Below are positions 30,970 through 40,163 of a stretch of DNA of 64,000 bases, one piece after another. Within the stretch, counting starts at the first letter, position 1. The number at the start of each line of letters is the position of its first letter. The stretch lies in assembly GCA_038227875.1 (NCBI GenBank), contig JBBRPR010000023.1, forward strand, positions 32,001 through 96,000, in the 5' to 3' direction. Origin of the DNA: Planctomycetota bacterium. GTDB taxonomy: Bacteria; Planctomycetota; SZUA-567; H5-PLA8. The translations under genes were made by a program, and so were the position numbers. A model generated the notes under the pieces. It was given only the letters and a program-made list of their open reading frames with translations. It was not told the origin of the DNA and did not search any database.

Positions 30970-31156
30970 AGTTTGGAGTTTTTAGTTTTTAGTTTTGAGT
31001 TGTGGTTGACTGAGGCAATACGCAACTCAAAACTTCGCGTTCGGTGGGATAAAAGTGCGGTCTAACCACGGTGGTTTTGAAAGTTTAGTTTTGAGTGACG
31101 TTCAAAATTTACCACTGCGGACGCAACTCGAAACTAATAACTAAAAACTCAAAACT
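30970..31156. repeat. AT-rich heptamer repeat double hairpin (AGTTTT[T/G]...[A/C]AAAACT)
   Basis: AGTTTGG-AGTTTTT-AGTTTTT-AGTTTTG-AGTTG. AGTTTTGAGTTG (30991-31002) pairs perfectly with CAACTCAAAACT (31023-31034). A second unit spans 31082-31156. Confidence 0.85.
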
Positions 31157-31198
31157 ATCCACAGCAGTCATTGGTTTTCCGGGGTACTTCTCTTCACC

Positions 31199-33487
31199 AT
31201 GTTTGAAACCCTCTTCAAGTATCCGCTCGATTTTTACCGCAAAGGCGAAGTGGGCTTCGCGACGCACATGCCGACGGAAGTTCGGCTGCTGCTGATCGTC
31301 GCCGCGGGCGTCGTCGCATTCCTGCTCTACCGCAAGACCAGCGTCGGCCTGGCGCCCGCGCGCCGCTGGATGCTCACCGGCCTGCGCGTTGCCACGCTGG
31401 CAATCCTGCTGGTCATGGTCTTCATCCCGACGCTGCGCATCCCGAAACTCAAAAGCGAAGAAACGTTCGTCGCGGTGATGCTCGACGCCACGCGCAGCAT
31501 GACCATCGACGACTCGGCCAAAGGCGGCACGCGCTTCGATGCCGCGCGCAACGTCATTGTCACCGACAAGGGCACTGGCCTGGCCAGCGACTTGAACACG
31601 GACTTCGCTGTGCGCCTCTTCAGCTTCGGCGACACGTCCAAGCGCACCAACGATCTCCGTTCGATCAACGCCGACGGCGAACGCACGAATCTCTTCCGCT
31701 CGATCCGCGACGTCGCTCAGGAAATGCGCGGCGTCTCACTGGCTGCCGTGGTCATGCTCACCGACGGCGGCAATAACGCCGCCGGTCAGCCGCTGGAAAT
31801 GGCGCAGTTCCTCAAGACGCAGAACATCAAGCTCTACACCGTCGGTTTCGGCAGCCCCAATCCCCCCAAAGACTACGAAGTCGTCCGCGTCGCCGTCCCG
31901 CGCAAGGTCCGCCGCAATTCGCAGGTCGAAGCCTTCGCCACCGTCCGCTGCACCGGCTACACTGTGCCGTTCACCGTCTTCCTGCGCCAAGGCGAAGCCA
32001 TTCTCTCCACGATGGAAGTCCACCCGCAGCAAGGCAAGGATATGTACCAGGTCCGCTTTACCTTCTTCCCGGACCAGGCGGGCACGCAGAAGTACAACCT
32101 TTTCATCAAGCCCGGCGAAGGCGAGAAGATCGTCGAAAACAACCTGCGCGAGTTCCTGGTCGAAGTCACCGAAAACCGCCTCCCCGTGCTCTACGTCGAA
32201 GGCAGCCCGCGCACCGAATTCCGCTTCCTCCGCCGCGCGCTTTTCCGCGATCCGGATTTCCGCATCGTCTCCGTTCTGCGCACGGGCAGCGGCCACGACC
32301 ACAACTACGTCCAGGGCGCGGAAGACTTCACCGAAGCGCAGCGCGCCGAACTAGCCAAGGGCTACCCGACCAGCAAGGAACTCCTCTACAAATTCGAAGG
32401 CGTAATTTTCGGCGACGTCGAAGCGGAATTCTTCACCAAGGAACAGTTGAAGATGACCGAGGAATTCGTGCGCGAGCGCGGCGGCGGGTTTGCCATGCTC
32501 GGCGGCGTGAATTCCTTCAATCTCGGCGACTATGCCGGCACGCCGCTGGAATCGATGCTGCCGGTGATCATGGAAGAGAAGAAGAATACCTACTCCTTCG
32601 ACCGCTTCAAAATGCGCGTGCCCGACGCGGCGCTCCGGCACCCCGTGCTCCACCAGGACGACGATCCGGAAATGAATCAGAAGGCCTGGGACCGCGTTCC
32701 GGAACTCGACGGCTACAATCTCATGAAGGGTGTCAAATCCGGAGCGCAAGTGCTCGCCTCGCATCCGACCACTCAGCAGCCGATCCTCGCCGTCCAGAAA
32801 TTCGGCAACGGCCGCGTCGCCGCGTTCTGCACTGGTGGTTCTTGGGCATGGCGCATGTCGGTCTCGACGGAATCAGAAATCCAGGAGAAGTTCTGGCGGC
32901 AGCTCGTCCGCTGGCTGGCCGTTGGTTCCAAGGAAAACATCACCATCGCGCTCGACCGCGACATTTACGCCAAAGGCGAACCGGTGATCCTCCGCGCCAC
33001 CGTGCTCGGCCAGTCGCTCGACGCCGTCAGCGATGCGAAAGTGAAAGCGAAATTCCAGGACCCGTTCGGCAACGTCGAAGAAATCGACATGCCGTGGATC
33101 CTGACCCAGGACGGCGTCTATCAGTGCCGCTATGAAACGCACGAAAACGGCGACCACAAGATCACCGTCCACGTCGAAATCCCCGGCCTCAAGCCGCAGG
33201 ATCTCGATACGACCTTCAGCGTTACGCAGCCGTTTCTGGAGTTCAACAACGCCGGCCTCAATGAAACGCTGCTCAAGCAAATGGCCGAAATGACCGGCGG
33301 AAAGTACTTCAACGAAGCCGATACCGCCGGCCTGCTGCCGGAGATCAAGAAGATCATGCTCACGCGCGAACGCACGGGCATGTACGTCGAAGAAAAGGAC
33401 GTCTGGGACGCCCCCATCTTCTACCTCGCGCTGGCCGTACTGCTGGGACTGGAATGGAGCTTCCGCCGCCGCAACGGTCTGGCGTAA
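31199..33487 (+). CDS. Membrane protein with vWA, Ig-like and putative glutamine amidotransferase (GATase1-like) domains
   Basis: N-terminal TMs, D.TRSM MIDAS variant, LTDG, VLYVEG.PR.EFRFLRR, FV.ERGGGF.MLGG, FW.QLVRWL and a C-terminal TM ending LEW..RRR.GLA. Confidence 0.88.
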   Translation: MFETLFKYPLDFYRKGEVGFATHMPTEVRLLLIVAAGVVAFLLYRKTSVGLAPARRWMLTGLRVATLAILLVMVFIPTLRIPKLKSEETFVAVMLDATRSMTIDDSAKGGTRFDAARNVIVTDKGTGLASDLNTDFAVRLFSFGDTSKRTNDLRSINADGERTNLFRSIRDVAQEMRGVSLAAVVMLTDGGNNAAGQPLEMAQFLKTQNIKLYTVGFGSPNPPKDYEVVRVAVPRKVRRNSQVEAFATVRCTGYTVPFTVFLRQGEAILSTMEVHPQQGKDMYQVRFTFFPDQAGTQKYNLFIKPGEGEKIVENNLREFLVEVTENRLPVLYVEGSPRTEFRFLRRALFRDPDFRIVSVLRTGSGHDHNYVQGAEDFTEAQRAELAKGYPTSKELLYKFEGVIFGDVEAEFFTKEQLKMTEEFVRERGGGFAMLGGVNSFNLGDYAGTPLESMLPVIMEEKKNTYSFDRFKMRVPDAALRHPVLHQDDDPEMNQKAWDRVPELDGYNLMKGVKSGAQVLASHPTTQQPILAVQKFGNGRVAAFCTGGSWAWRMSVSTESEIQEKFWRQLVRWLAVGSKENITIALDRDIYAKGEPVILRATVLGQSLDAVSDAKVKAKFQDPFGNVEEIDMPWILTQDGVYQCRYETHENGDHKITVHVEIPGLKPQDLDTTFSVTQPFLEFNNAGLNETLLKQMAEMTGGKYFNEADTAGLLPEIKKIMLTRERTGMYVEEKDVWDAPIFYLALAVLLGLEWSFRRRNGLA

Positions 33488-33502
33488 CGAGAGAACTCAA
33501 CC

Positions 33503-34510
33503 ATGGAATCGAAATTCAAACTCCTTCTCGCCGCGCTGATGCTCACTGCCGCCGTCTCCGTGCGCGCCGCGGATAAGCCGCAAGCCTGGGCGCTGGTCGT
33601 CGCCGGCGAAAGTGGCGACGCCAACTTCACCGAAAATTACCGAGACTGGTGCACGCGTCTTCATGAATTCCTGACCAAGTACGCTGGCATCCCCGCTGAT
33701 CACATCCGGTTGCTGATGGAAAAGCAGGACCTGATCCCCACTATCATTTCCGCCACCAGCACGAAAGAAAACGTGCTCAAAGCTTTCGCCGACATCAGCG
33801 CCAAGGCCAAGCCTGCCGACCAGGTCACCGTCTTTTACATCGGCCACGGCACCGCGCAGGGCGGCGTGGGCAAGCTCTGCCTGCCCGGGCCCGACATCAC
33901 CAGCGACGAAACCGCTGATCTGCTGAATAAACTCCCGACCAAGGAAGTCATCTTCATCAATACCGCCGCGTGTTCGGCGGCGTTTCTGGAAAAGTGCAGC
34001 GCACCTGGCCGCATCATTGTCACGTCGACCAACAACGCCGGGGAAGGCAATGAGACGTACTTTCTGGAGTTCTTCCTGAAAGCGTTCGAAACCGGGGATC
34101 GCGCCGTGATGGCCACGCAGTCGGTGCTGATTGTCTTCAATACCGCCGCCACCGAATGCCCGAAGTGGTACCTGCGTCAATATTACGACGCCAAGGCGCA
34201 CACCTGGCGCACCGAAGGCAAGCAATCGCGCGCGCTCTGGACGAAATTCTACGGCAAGATGCCCGACAAGAAGGCCGGCGACCCGCTCGACGCCAACGCC
34301 GAAGACGCCGATCCGGTGCTGGGTGAATGGGGCGATCAGTGGGCCAGCCGCCGCATGCCCACCGAACACGCACAACTCGACGACAACGGCGACAAACTCG
34401 GTACGGGTGTCTTTGTGAACAACCAGTTCACGCCCCTGCCCGGCAGCGAAGAAGGCGCGGATGGCTTCCTCGCCCGCACCGCCGTGATCGGCAAACCATC
34501 CACCCGTTGA
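33503..34510 (+). CDS. Secreted protein with a caspase/legumain-like (clan CD) fold
   Basis: Signal peptide; ALVVAG strand, ATST.ENV..AF, VFYIGHG (His-Gly), VIFINTAACSAAF and RIIVTST. Confidence 0.65.
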   Translation: MESKFKLLLAALMLTAAVSVRAADKPQAWALVVAGESGDANFTENYRDWCTRLHEFLTKYAGIPADHIRLLMEKQDLIPTIISATSTKENVLKAFADISAKAKPADQVTVFYIGHGTAQGGVGKLCLPGPDITSDETADLLNKLPTKEVIFINTAACSAAFLEKCSAPGRIIVTSTNNAGEGNETYFLEFFLKAFETGDRAVMATQSVLIVFNTAATECPKWYLRQYYDAKAHTWRTEGKQSRALWTKFYGKMPDKKAGDPLDANAEDADPVLGEWGDQWASRRMPTEHAQLDDNGDKLGTGVFVNNQFTPLPGSEEGADGFLARTAVIGKPSTR

Positions 34511-34542
34511 TAGAACACAGCGCGATGGCTAGAATTCACCGC

Positions 34543-36522
34543 ATGAAGAAGCTCGCCCTCATTCTTTCGGTGTGTGTCCTGGCCGCGGGGTCCTCACGCA
34601 GCTTCGGCGCGACCATGCCGCTGCCGACCATCGACTCGCGCATCACCTGGGAGACCGAACTGCGCGTCAAGTTCGCCGAACACGTTTTCCCCAGCCCTCA
34701 CGAGGCTGGCCGCGTCTGGGTCGTCACCAAACCCGGGATCATGGAAACGCTCGACAGCGGCTCAAACTGGAAGCTGCTCCCCGATACCGGCCGCGAAAAA
34801 CTCGGTCGCATCTCCGACGTGCTCTTCTCGCCGGTCGACGGCGACCTGATCCTCCTCGCCAGCCGCGACCACGGCGTCTTCCGCTCCAATGATAACGGCA
34901 AGACATGGCAGAACATTGGCACCACTGCCTCGGGTTTAAGTTCCCCCAGCATCGTCCGCATCGCCTGCGACCCCAACGACCGCGCCTCGCACATTTTCTA
35001 CGCCTCCCACGGCGACGAAGCGCCCGGCATCTCCAAGACTATCGACGGTGGCCAGACCTGGTTCACCATCGCCGAGGCTTACTACGTTCACGAGATGCTC
35101 CGCGACGGCCGCGACCTGGTGATCGGTGCGCGCTCGGTCTCTGAAGAGGACGCGTGGAGCATCGTCGAAAGCCGTAATCAGGGCGCGACGTGGACGGAAG
35201 TTGTGCCCAACGTCCGCCCCACCGTCACCGGCGAAACCCGAGTCGCCACGAATAACATTTTCTTCGGCACGCTCAAAGGCCGCCTGCTCAACCGCCATCG
35301 TGTTGGCCGCTGGCAGACGGGGGATTGGAAACCCGTTGGTCCCGAACAGGGCGCTGACTGGGCCTCCATCTTCGGCACGTTCGGCGTGAAGCCCGACGAA
35401 GAATTCATGTACGCTTACGATCCGCACCGCCTCGGCTTGATCGCCTCGCGCGACGGCTTTCAGACATGGTGGAGCGAAACTGGGATTCTCTTTGTGGGCC
35501 CGGTGGTCAGAGACGGTGCGAACGTCTGCGTCAATTCCACCGGCAAAACCTTTTACGCTTCAATCAACGGTCAGCTCTACATCGGTCGCACGCCCTCTCC
35601 GGACGGCCCCACGCTGGCTGAATTCAAGGTCACACCGACGGTGCTGCACTGGACCAAGGGCGCGCCCGTGGTGATCTCGACGAAAATTATTCCCTTCGAC
35701 GACGCGCCGCTCTCCAAGATCCGCACCGTCACTGCCAATCTCGGCATCCTGCACGGCCCCGGCAACGCACCGCTCTTCGACGACGGCCAGCACAGCGACG
35801 GCGCCACCGGCGATGGCGTGTGGGCCACGTCTTTTGCCGTCGACGACGAATGGACGCGCACGTGGCAGTGGTGGGACGGTTCCAAGCGCCCGCACTTCCC
35901 GGGTCAGTTGCTGCTCACTATTACCGCCACTGACATGTCCAACCGCACGACCACCGAAGTCGTTCCGTTCTCGCTCTACCCCAAGCCTGAATCGATGGTC
36001 TGGTGGAATGGCGAAGACGTGAAGCGCGGCGACAAAATGGCCGATGGCCGCCGCGCCACCGAGCCTCAAAAATTCGACGATCGCCACGGCAACATCTTCG
36101 ACATGAACGTCGAAGCCCATTCCGGCACCAACTGTCTCCACGTCGTCGCCTTTAAACCCGGCTGGATCACCGGATGGGGCAAGGAATACGAGTCGCTCAA
36201 CATGAGCGACATGGCGTACCTCTCGTTCTGGGTCAAGAGCCCCGAGAACAACACGCGCGACATGAAAGTCCTCCTCGCCGACGCCCCCGGTGGTGAAAAC
36301 GACGCCAGCCATTCCAGCGAGGTCTACCTGATCAAGGGCGGCTTCATCAAAGAATTCACCACGCAATACCAGCAGGTTCGCATCCCCATCGCAAGGTTCA
36401 TGAAGAAGAGCGGATTCAGTATCGACATGGTCGGCGGCGTAGTTTTCGGCGGCGACGACACCAAAGGCCACAACGTCTATATTGATGACATCTGCTTCGA
36501 GGCCGAAGGCCAGCCGAAGTAG
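34543..36522 (+). CDS. Secreted BNR/Asp-box beta-propeller protein with choice-of-anchor-X-like motif and C-terminal carbohydrate-binding-like domain
   Basis: Signal MKKLALILSVCVLAAG; Asp-boxes (SNDNGKTW, TIDGGQTW, SRDGFQTW); LFDDGQHSDGATGDGVW; CBM-like LSFWVK...QVRIPI..F...VYIDDI.F. Alternative start at 34525. Confidence 0.75.
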   Translation: MKKLALILSVCVLAAGSSRSFGATMPLPTIDSRITWETELRVKFAEHVFPSPHEAGRVWVVTKPGIMETLDSGSNWKLLPDTGREKLGRISDVLFSPVDGDLILLASRDHGVFRSNDNGKTWQNIGTTASGLSSPSIVRIACDPNDRASHIFYASHGDEAPGISKTIDGGQTWFTIAEAYYVHEMLRDGRDLVIGARSVSEEDAWSIVESRNQGATWTEVVPNVRPTVTGETRVATNNIFFGTLKGRLLNRHRVGRWQTGDWKPVGPEQGADWASIFGTFGVKPDEEFMYAYDPHRLGLIASRDGFQTWWSETGILFVGPVVRDGANVCVNSTGKTFYASINGQLYIGRTPSPDGPTLAEFKVTPTVLHWTKGAPVVISTKIIPFDDAPLSKIRTVTANLGILHGPGNAPLFDDGQHSDGATGDGVWATSFAVDDEWTRTWQWWDGSKRPHFPGQLLLTITATDMSNRTTTEVVPFSLYPKPESMVWWNGEDVKRGDKMADGRRATEPQKFDDRHGNIFDMNVEAHSGTNCLHVVAFKPGWITGWGKEYESLNMSDMAYLSFWVKSPENNTRDMKVLLADAPGGENDASHSSEVYLIKGGFIKEFTTQYQQVRIPIARFMKKSGFSIDMVGGVVFGGDDTKGHNVYIDDICFEAEGQPK

Positions 36523-36704
36523 AGCAACGTCATCGGTCAACGCTCCCTCACTGTTTTCACTCAACTCGAAAGCCCGAATTCCAACTCGCGTCCGCCAAGG
36601 ACCCGAAAAGTCTGCCGATTTTTTAAAACTCCCTGCACCCTTTATTCACATGAGCGCCACTCTCTAATGTTCTGTTCGCCTGAATCCATCTGATATGGAA
36701 AGGA

Positions 36705-39700
36705 ATGCGCATGCGTACGAGTGCCGTCGTTGCCATTTTTTTGAATTTTCTCCTTACGTTCTTTGGCGTCGCGGTGAACGCCGCCGAAGAAACTCCAAAA
36801 ACCTACCCACAGTGGGACGGTAAGGAAACCGTGGCCGAGTATGCGGCAAAGAATGGCTTGAAGCCCTCGGAAACACTCGACCTTGGCGACGGCGTGAAGC
36901 TGGAAATGCTGCTCATACCGCCGGGTTCGTTCACGATGGGCAGCCCGACGACGGAAGCCAAGCGGCCGGGCGACGATGAATTCGAAACGCCACACAAGGT
37001 CACGCTGACACAACCGTATTACCTCGCGAAGTACGAACTCACGCAGGCGCAATATGAAAAAGTGATGGGCACTAATCCCAGTGTCAAGAAAGACGCAACA
37101 GTGCCCGTCAGCGATGTGACGTGGGACGACGCGGTCGCGTTCTGCAAGAAAGCATCAGAACTGCAGAAACGCGAGATCCAATTGCCGAGTGAAGCGCAGT
37201 GGGAATACGCCTGCCGCGCAGGAACACAAACGGCTTTCTACACCGGAAACGACGACGCGGCATTGGACAAGGCCGGTTGGTTTGGCGCCAACAGCGGTGG
37301 GCACATTCACGTTGGAGGTGAGAAGGAGCCCAATGCCTTCGGACTCTACGATATGCTCGGCAACGTCCGGGAACTCTGCAACGACTTCTTCGCCGCTTAC
37401 GACGCGAAAGACGCCTCCGATCCCACCGGTCCAGCCACCGCGGAAAAGCACATCTCGCGCGGCGGCGCGTATGCCGCGCAGATGATTTCGATCTGCCGCA
37501 GTGCCTCGCGCACGCCCGAGCCCCTGACGCGCAAAAACGCGATCATCGGAATTCGGCCCATGCTGAAACTCGCCGCGGCGGAGAGTCCGGCTGCTAAGCC
37601 TGCGAACATCGTCATGATTCGTTCCGCGCAGAGCGGCGCCTGGAGCGACCCGAAGACATGGGAAGGCGGGCAACTCCCTGCCCCGGGCAACTCCGTGCAG
37701 GTCCGCGAAGGTCATGACATTCTCTACGACCGAAATTCCGATCAGGCGCTGCGCTCAATCTTCGTCGCCGGCCGGCTCCACTTTGCGACTGACCGCGATA
37801 CGCGGCTGGACGTCGGCATCATCACGATTCAGAACGGCAACGATACGACCGAGCACGGCTTCGATTGCAAAGGCCCGTCGCCGGTGATCGACCCCCTCAA
37901 GCAGAAGGCGACGTTCGAAGTCGGCAGCGCGGAAACGCCTATTGATGCCGCGTACCACGCGCTGATTCGGCTCGTCTTTTTCGAAGGCATGGACCCACAG
38001 TCGGCGCCCGCGATCGTCTGCTGCGGCGGGCGCATGGATTTCCACGGCGCGCCGCTGAATCGCACCTGGCTGAAGCTCGGTGAAGACGCGAAGAAAGGCA
38101 GCAGCGACGTGGTTCTTTCCGAGCCGGTCACAGGTTGGCGCGTCGGCGATCGCGTGATCGTCGTTGGCAACGTCCGACAGAACAAGATCGCGAAGACCTT
38201 CGTGAAAGCTCCCGGCGGCGTGCGCGACCGGACACAGACGGAAGAACGGATTCTCACTGCCGTCAATGGCGCGCAAATCACGCTCGACAAGCCACTCGAT
38301 TACGATCACGCCGGCAGCGGCGATTTTCGTACCGAGGTGGCGAACTTGAGTCGCAATGTAATCGTGGAATCCGCCGATCCGGAAAAGGTCCGCGGCCACA
38401 CCATGTACCACAAACATTCCGCCGGTTCGATCAGCTACGCGGAGTTCCGGCACCTGGGCAAGGAAGGCGTGCTCGGCCGGTACACGCTCCATTTTCATCT
38501 CGTGGGAGACACGATGCGGGGCAGCTCGGTCGTGGGCGCATCGATCTGGGACAGCGGCAACCGCTGGATTACCATTCACGGCACCAACTACCTCGTTGTG
38601 CGCGATTGCGTGGGCTACAACAGCATCGGCCACGGTTTCTTTCTCGAAGACGGCACCGAACAGTACAACGTTCTCGACCGCAACCTGGCTGTGCAGGCCC
38701 GTCACGGCAAAATTCTGCCCGAACAGGTGCTGCCCTTTGATCACAACGACGGTGCGGGATTCTGGTGGGGCAACTGCCTCAACACCTTCACCCGCAACGT
38801 CGCCGCGGAGTGCGATGAATACGCCTACCGCTTCGACATGACCAGGAATGAGACCTTCGATCCCGTGCTCACCGTCTCGATGCTCGACGGCACCGTCAAG
38901 GCCATCGACATCCGCACCCAACCGTACGTTCGCTTCGAAGAGAACGAAGCGCATACGCAACGCCGCCACGCATTCAATCTCGGCGGCTTCGGCAGCGAAG
39001 GAAACATCAACGGCCCCGATGCCGGAAAGCTGGGCGTCGGCGGCGTCGGCCCGGACGCCAAACATCCCTTCGTGCTGAAGAATTGCCGCGCGTGGGATGT
39101 GCACTGGTCGCTGCACACGCTCAGTCCGCACGTCATCGTCGACAACTTCAGCGTCTCCAACGCCGAATACGGAATCTGGCGCACACCTACAGAGCATCAC
39201 TACTATCACGGCATTAAATTCAGCGACGTCAAGGAAGCGAACTTCACCGGGACAGGGAATACGCGCGACGCCGGGCTGCCCGCCGATGCCGATCCCGCCA
39301 CGTCGCCGCTGATTGACGACATGCCGCCGCAGACCATCGTGACGGCCATCAAGCGATTGGCTGAGAACAAGATCCACGTGCAAGGAACCTCTGCCGACAA
39401 CGGCGTAATCAAGCAGGTTCTGGTCAACGGCCAGGCTGCGACGGCGGTGCGACCCAACTTCGCCGAATGGGAAATCACCTGCGACGCGCCGGCCGACAAC
39501 TCGCTCACCGCCGCCGCAGAAGACGCCGCCGGAAACGTCGAGAAGCTCGCGCATGTCTTGAAACTCGCGCCGCGAGCCGCATCAACGCTAGTTCCGGCGC
39601 CTGGCGCGTCAACCGCGCGCGAAGTGGATTGGAAAATGGAAGTTGGCTGTCAGCATTGCCACTTCTCGGAAGAGACAGGCATCAAGACCTGCTTCCAGAA

Positions 39701-40151
39701 CTGTGGCGCCGCCGGAAAGTACGAAGGCAAGGTCTATTTCCTGAAAGGTGCGACGAGCAAGGAATTCGGGAAGGGTGGCATCTGGAGCGTAAAGGGCGTG
39801 CTGGCCGACGATGGCAAGACGATCAACGTGACGGAAATGAAATTCACCGCGGAGCCTGAAGCCGAGACCGCGAATGCCGCTCAAACCTCCGAACGCAAGG
39901 AGCCCGCGCAGGAATGGACCGGCGTGGTCTTTCATACCGGAAAGTACCTGCCAAGCCTGACGGTCGGTGCGGAGAAATTCGGCATGAAGCCCGCGAAGGA
40001 CGCGACGTCGGCAGTGAAAGCCATGCTGACACAGATCGGCGGTGGCGAACTGGTCGGAAATTTCACGGTCGCGGGATCGACGTACAAGGACGACGTCCGT
40101 CAATGGATCGTGGTGGAGAAGATTGCGCCGGCAACGCCCGCAGCGAAGTGA
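36705..40151 (+). CDS. Secreted multidomain protein: FGE-sulfatase + G8 + parallel beta-helix + C-terminal CxxCH-containing domain
   Basis: F.MGS, LPSEAQWEYACRAG and PNAFGLYDMLGNV (FGE-sulfatase); SGAWSDP.TW.GG..P..G..V (G8); EVANLSRNV, GRY.LHFH and GHGFFLEDG.E (CEMIP/fibrocystin-type PbH1); GCQHCHF. Confidence 0.85.
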   Translation: MRMRTSAVVAIFLNFLLTFFGVAVNAAEETPKTYPQWDGKETVAEYAAKNGLKPSETLDLGDGVKLEMLLIPPGSFTMGSPTTEAKRPGDDEFETPHKVTLTQPYYLAKYELTQAQYEKVMGTNPSVKKDATVPVSDVTWDDAVAFCKKASELQKREIQLPSEAQWEYACRAGTQTAFYTGNDDAALDKAGWFGANSGGHIHVGGEKEPNAFGLYDMLGNVRELCNDFFAAYDAKDASDPTGPATAEKHISRGGAYAAQMISICRSASRTPEPLTRKNAIIGIRPMLKLAAAESPAAKPANIVMIRSAQSGAWSDPKTWEGGQLPAPGNSVQVREGHDILYDRNSDQALRSIFVAGRLHFATDRDTRLDVGIITIQNGNDTTEHGFDCKGPSPVIDPLKQKATFEVGSAETPIDAAYHALIRLVFFEGMDPQSAPAIVCCGGRMDFHGAPLNRTWLKLGEDAKKGSSDVVLSEPVTGWRVGDRVIVVGNVRQNKIAKTFVKAPGGVRDRTQTEERILTAVNGAQITLDKPLDYDHAGSGDFRTEVANLSRNVIVESADPEKVRGHTMYHKHSAGSISYAEFRHLGKEGVLGRYTLHFHLVGDTMRGSSVVGASIWDSGNRWITIHGTNYLVVRDCVGYNSIGHGFFLEDGTEQYNVLDRNLAVQARHGKILPEQVLPFDHNDGAGFWWGNCLNTFTRNVAAECDEYAYRFDMTRNETFDPVLTVSMLDGTVKAIDIRTQPYVRFEENEAHTQRRHAFNLGGFGSEGNINGPDAGKLGVGGVGPDAKHPFVLKNCRAWDVHWSLHTLSPHVIVDNFSVSNAEYGIWRTPTEHHYYHGIKFSDVKEANFTGTGNTRDAGLPADADPATSPLIDDMPPQTIVTAIKRLAENKIHVQGTSADNGVIKQVLVNGQAATAVRPNFAEWEITCDAPADNSLTAAAEDAAGNVEKLAHVLKLAPRAASTLVPAPGASTAREVDWKMEVGCQHCHFSEETGIKTCFQNCGAAGKYEGKVYFLKGATSKEFGKGGIWSVKGVLADDGKTINVTEMKFTAEPEAETANAAQTSERKEPAQEWTGVVFHTGKYLPSLTVGAEKFGMKPAKDATSAVKAMLTQIGGGELVGNFTVAGSTYKDDVRQWIVVEKIAPATPAAK

Positions 40152-40163
40152 GCATAATTTCCA

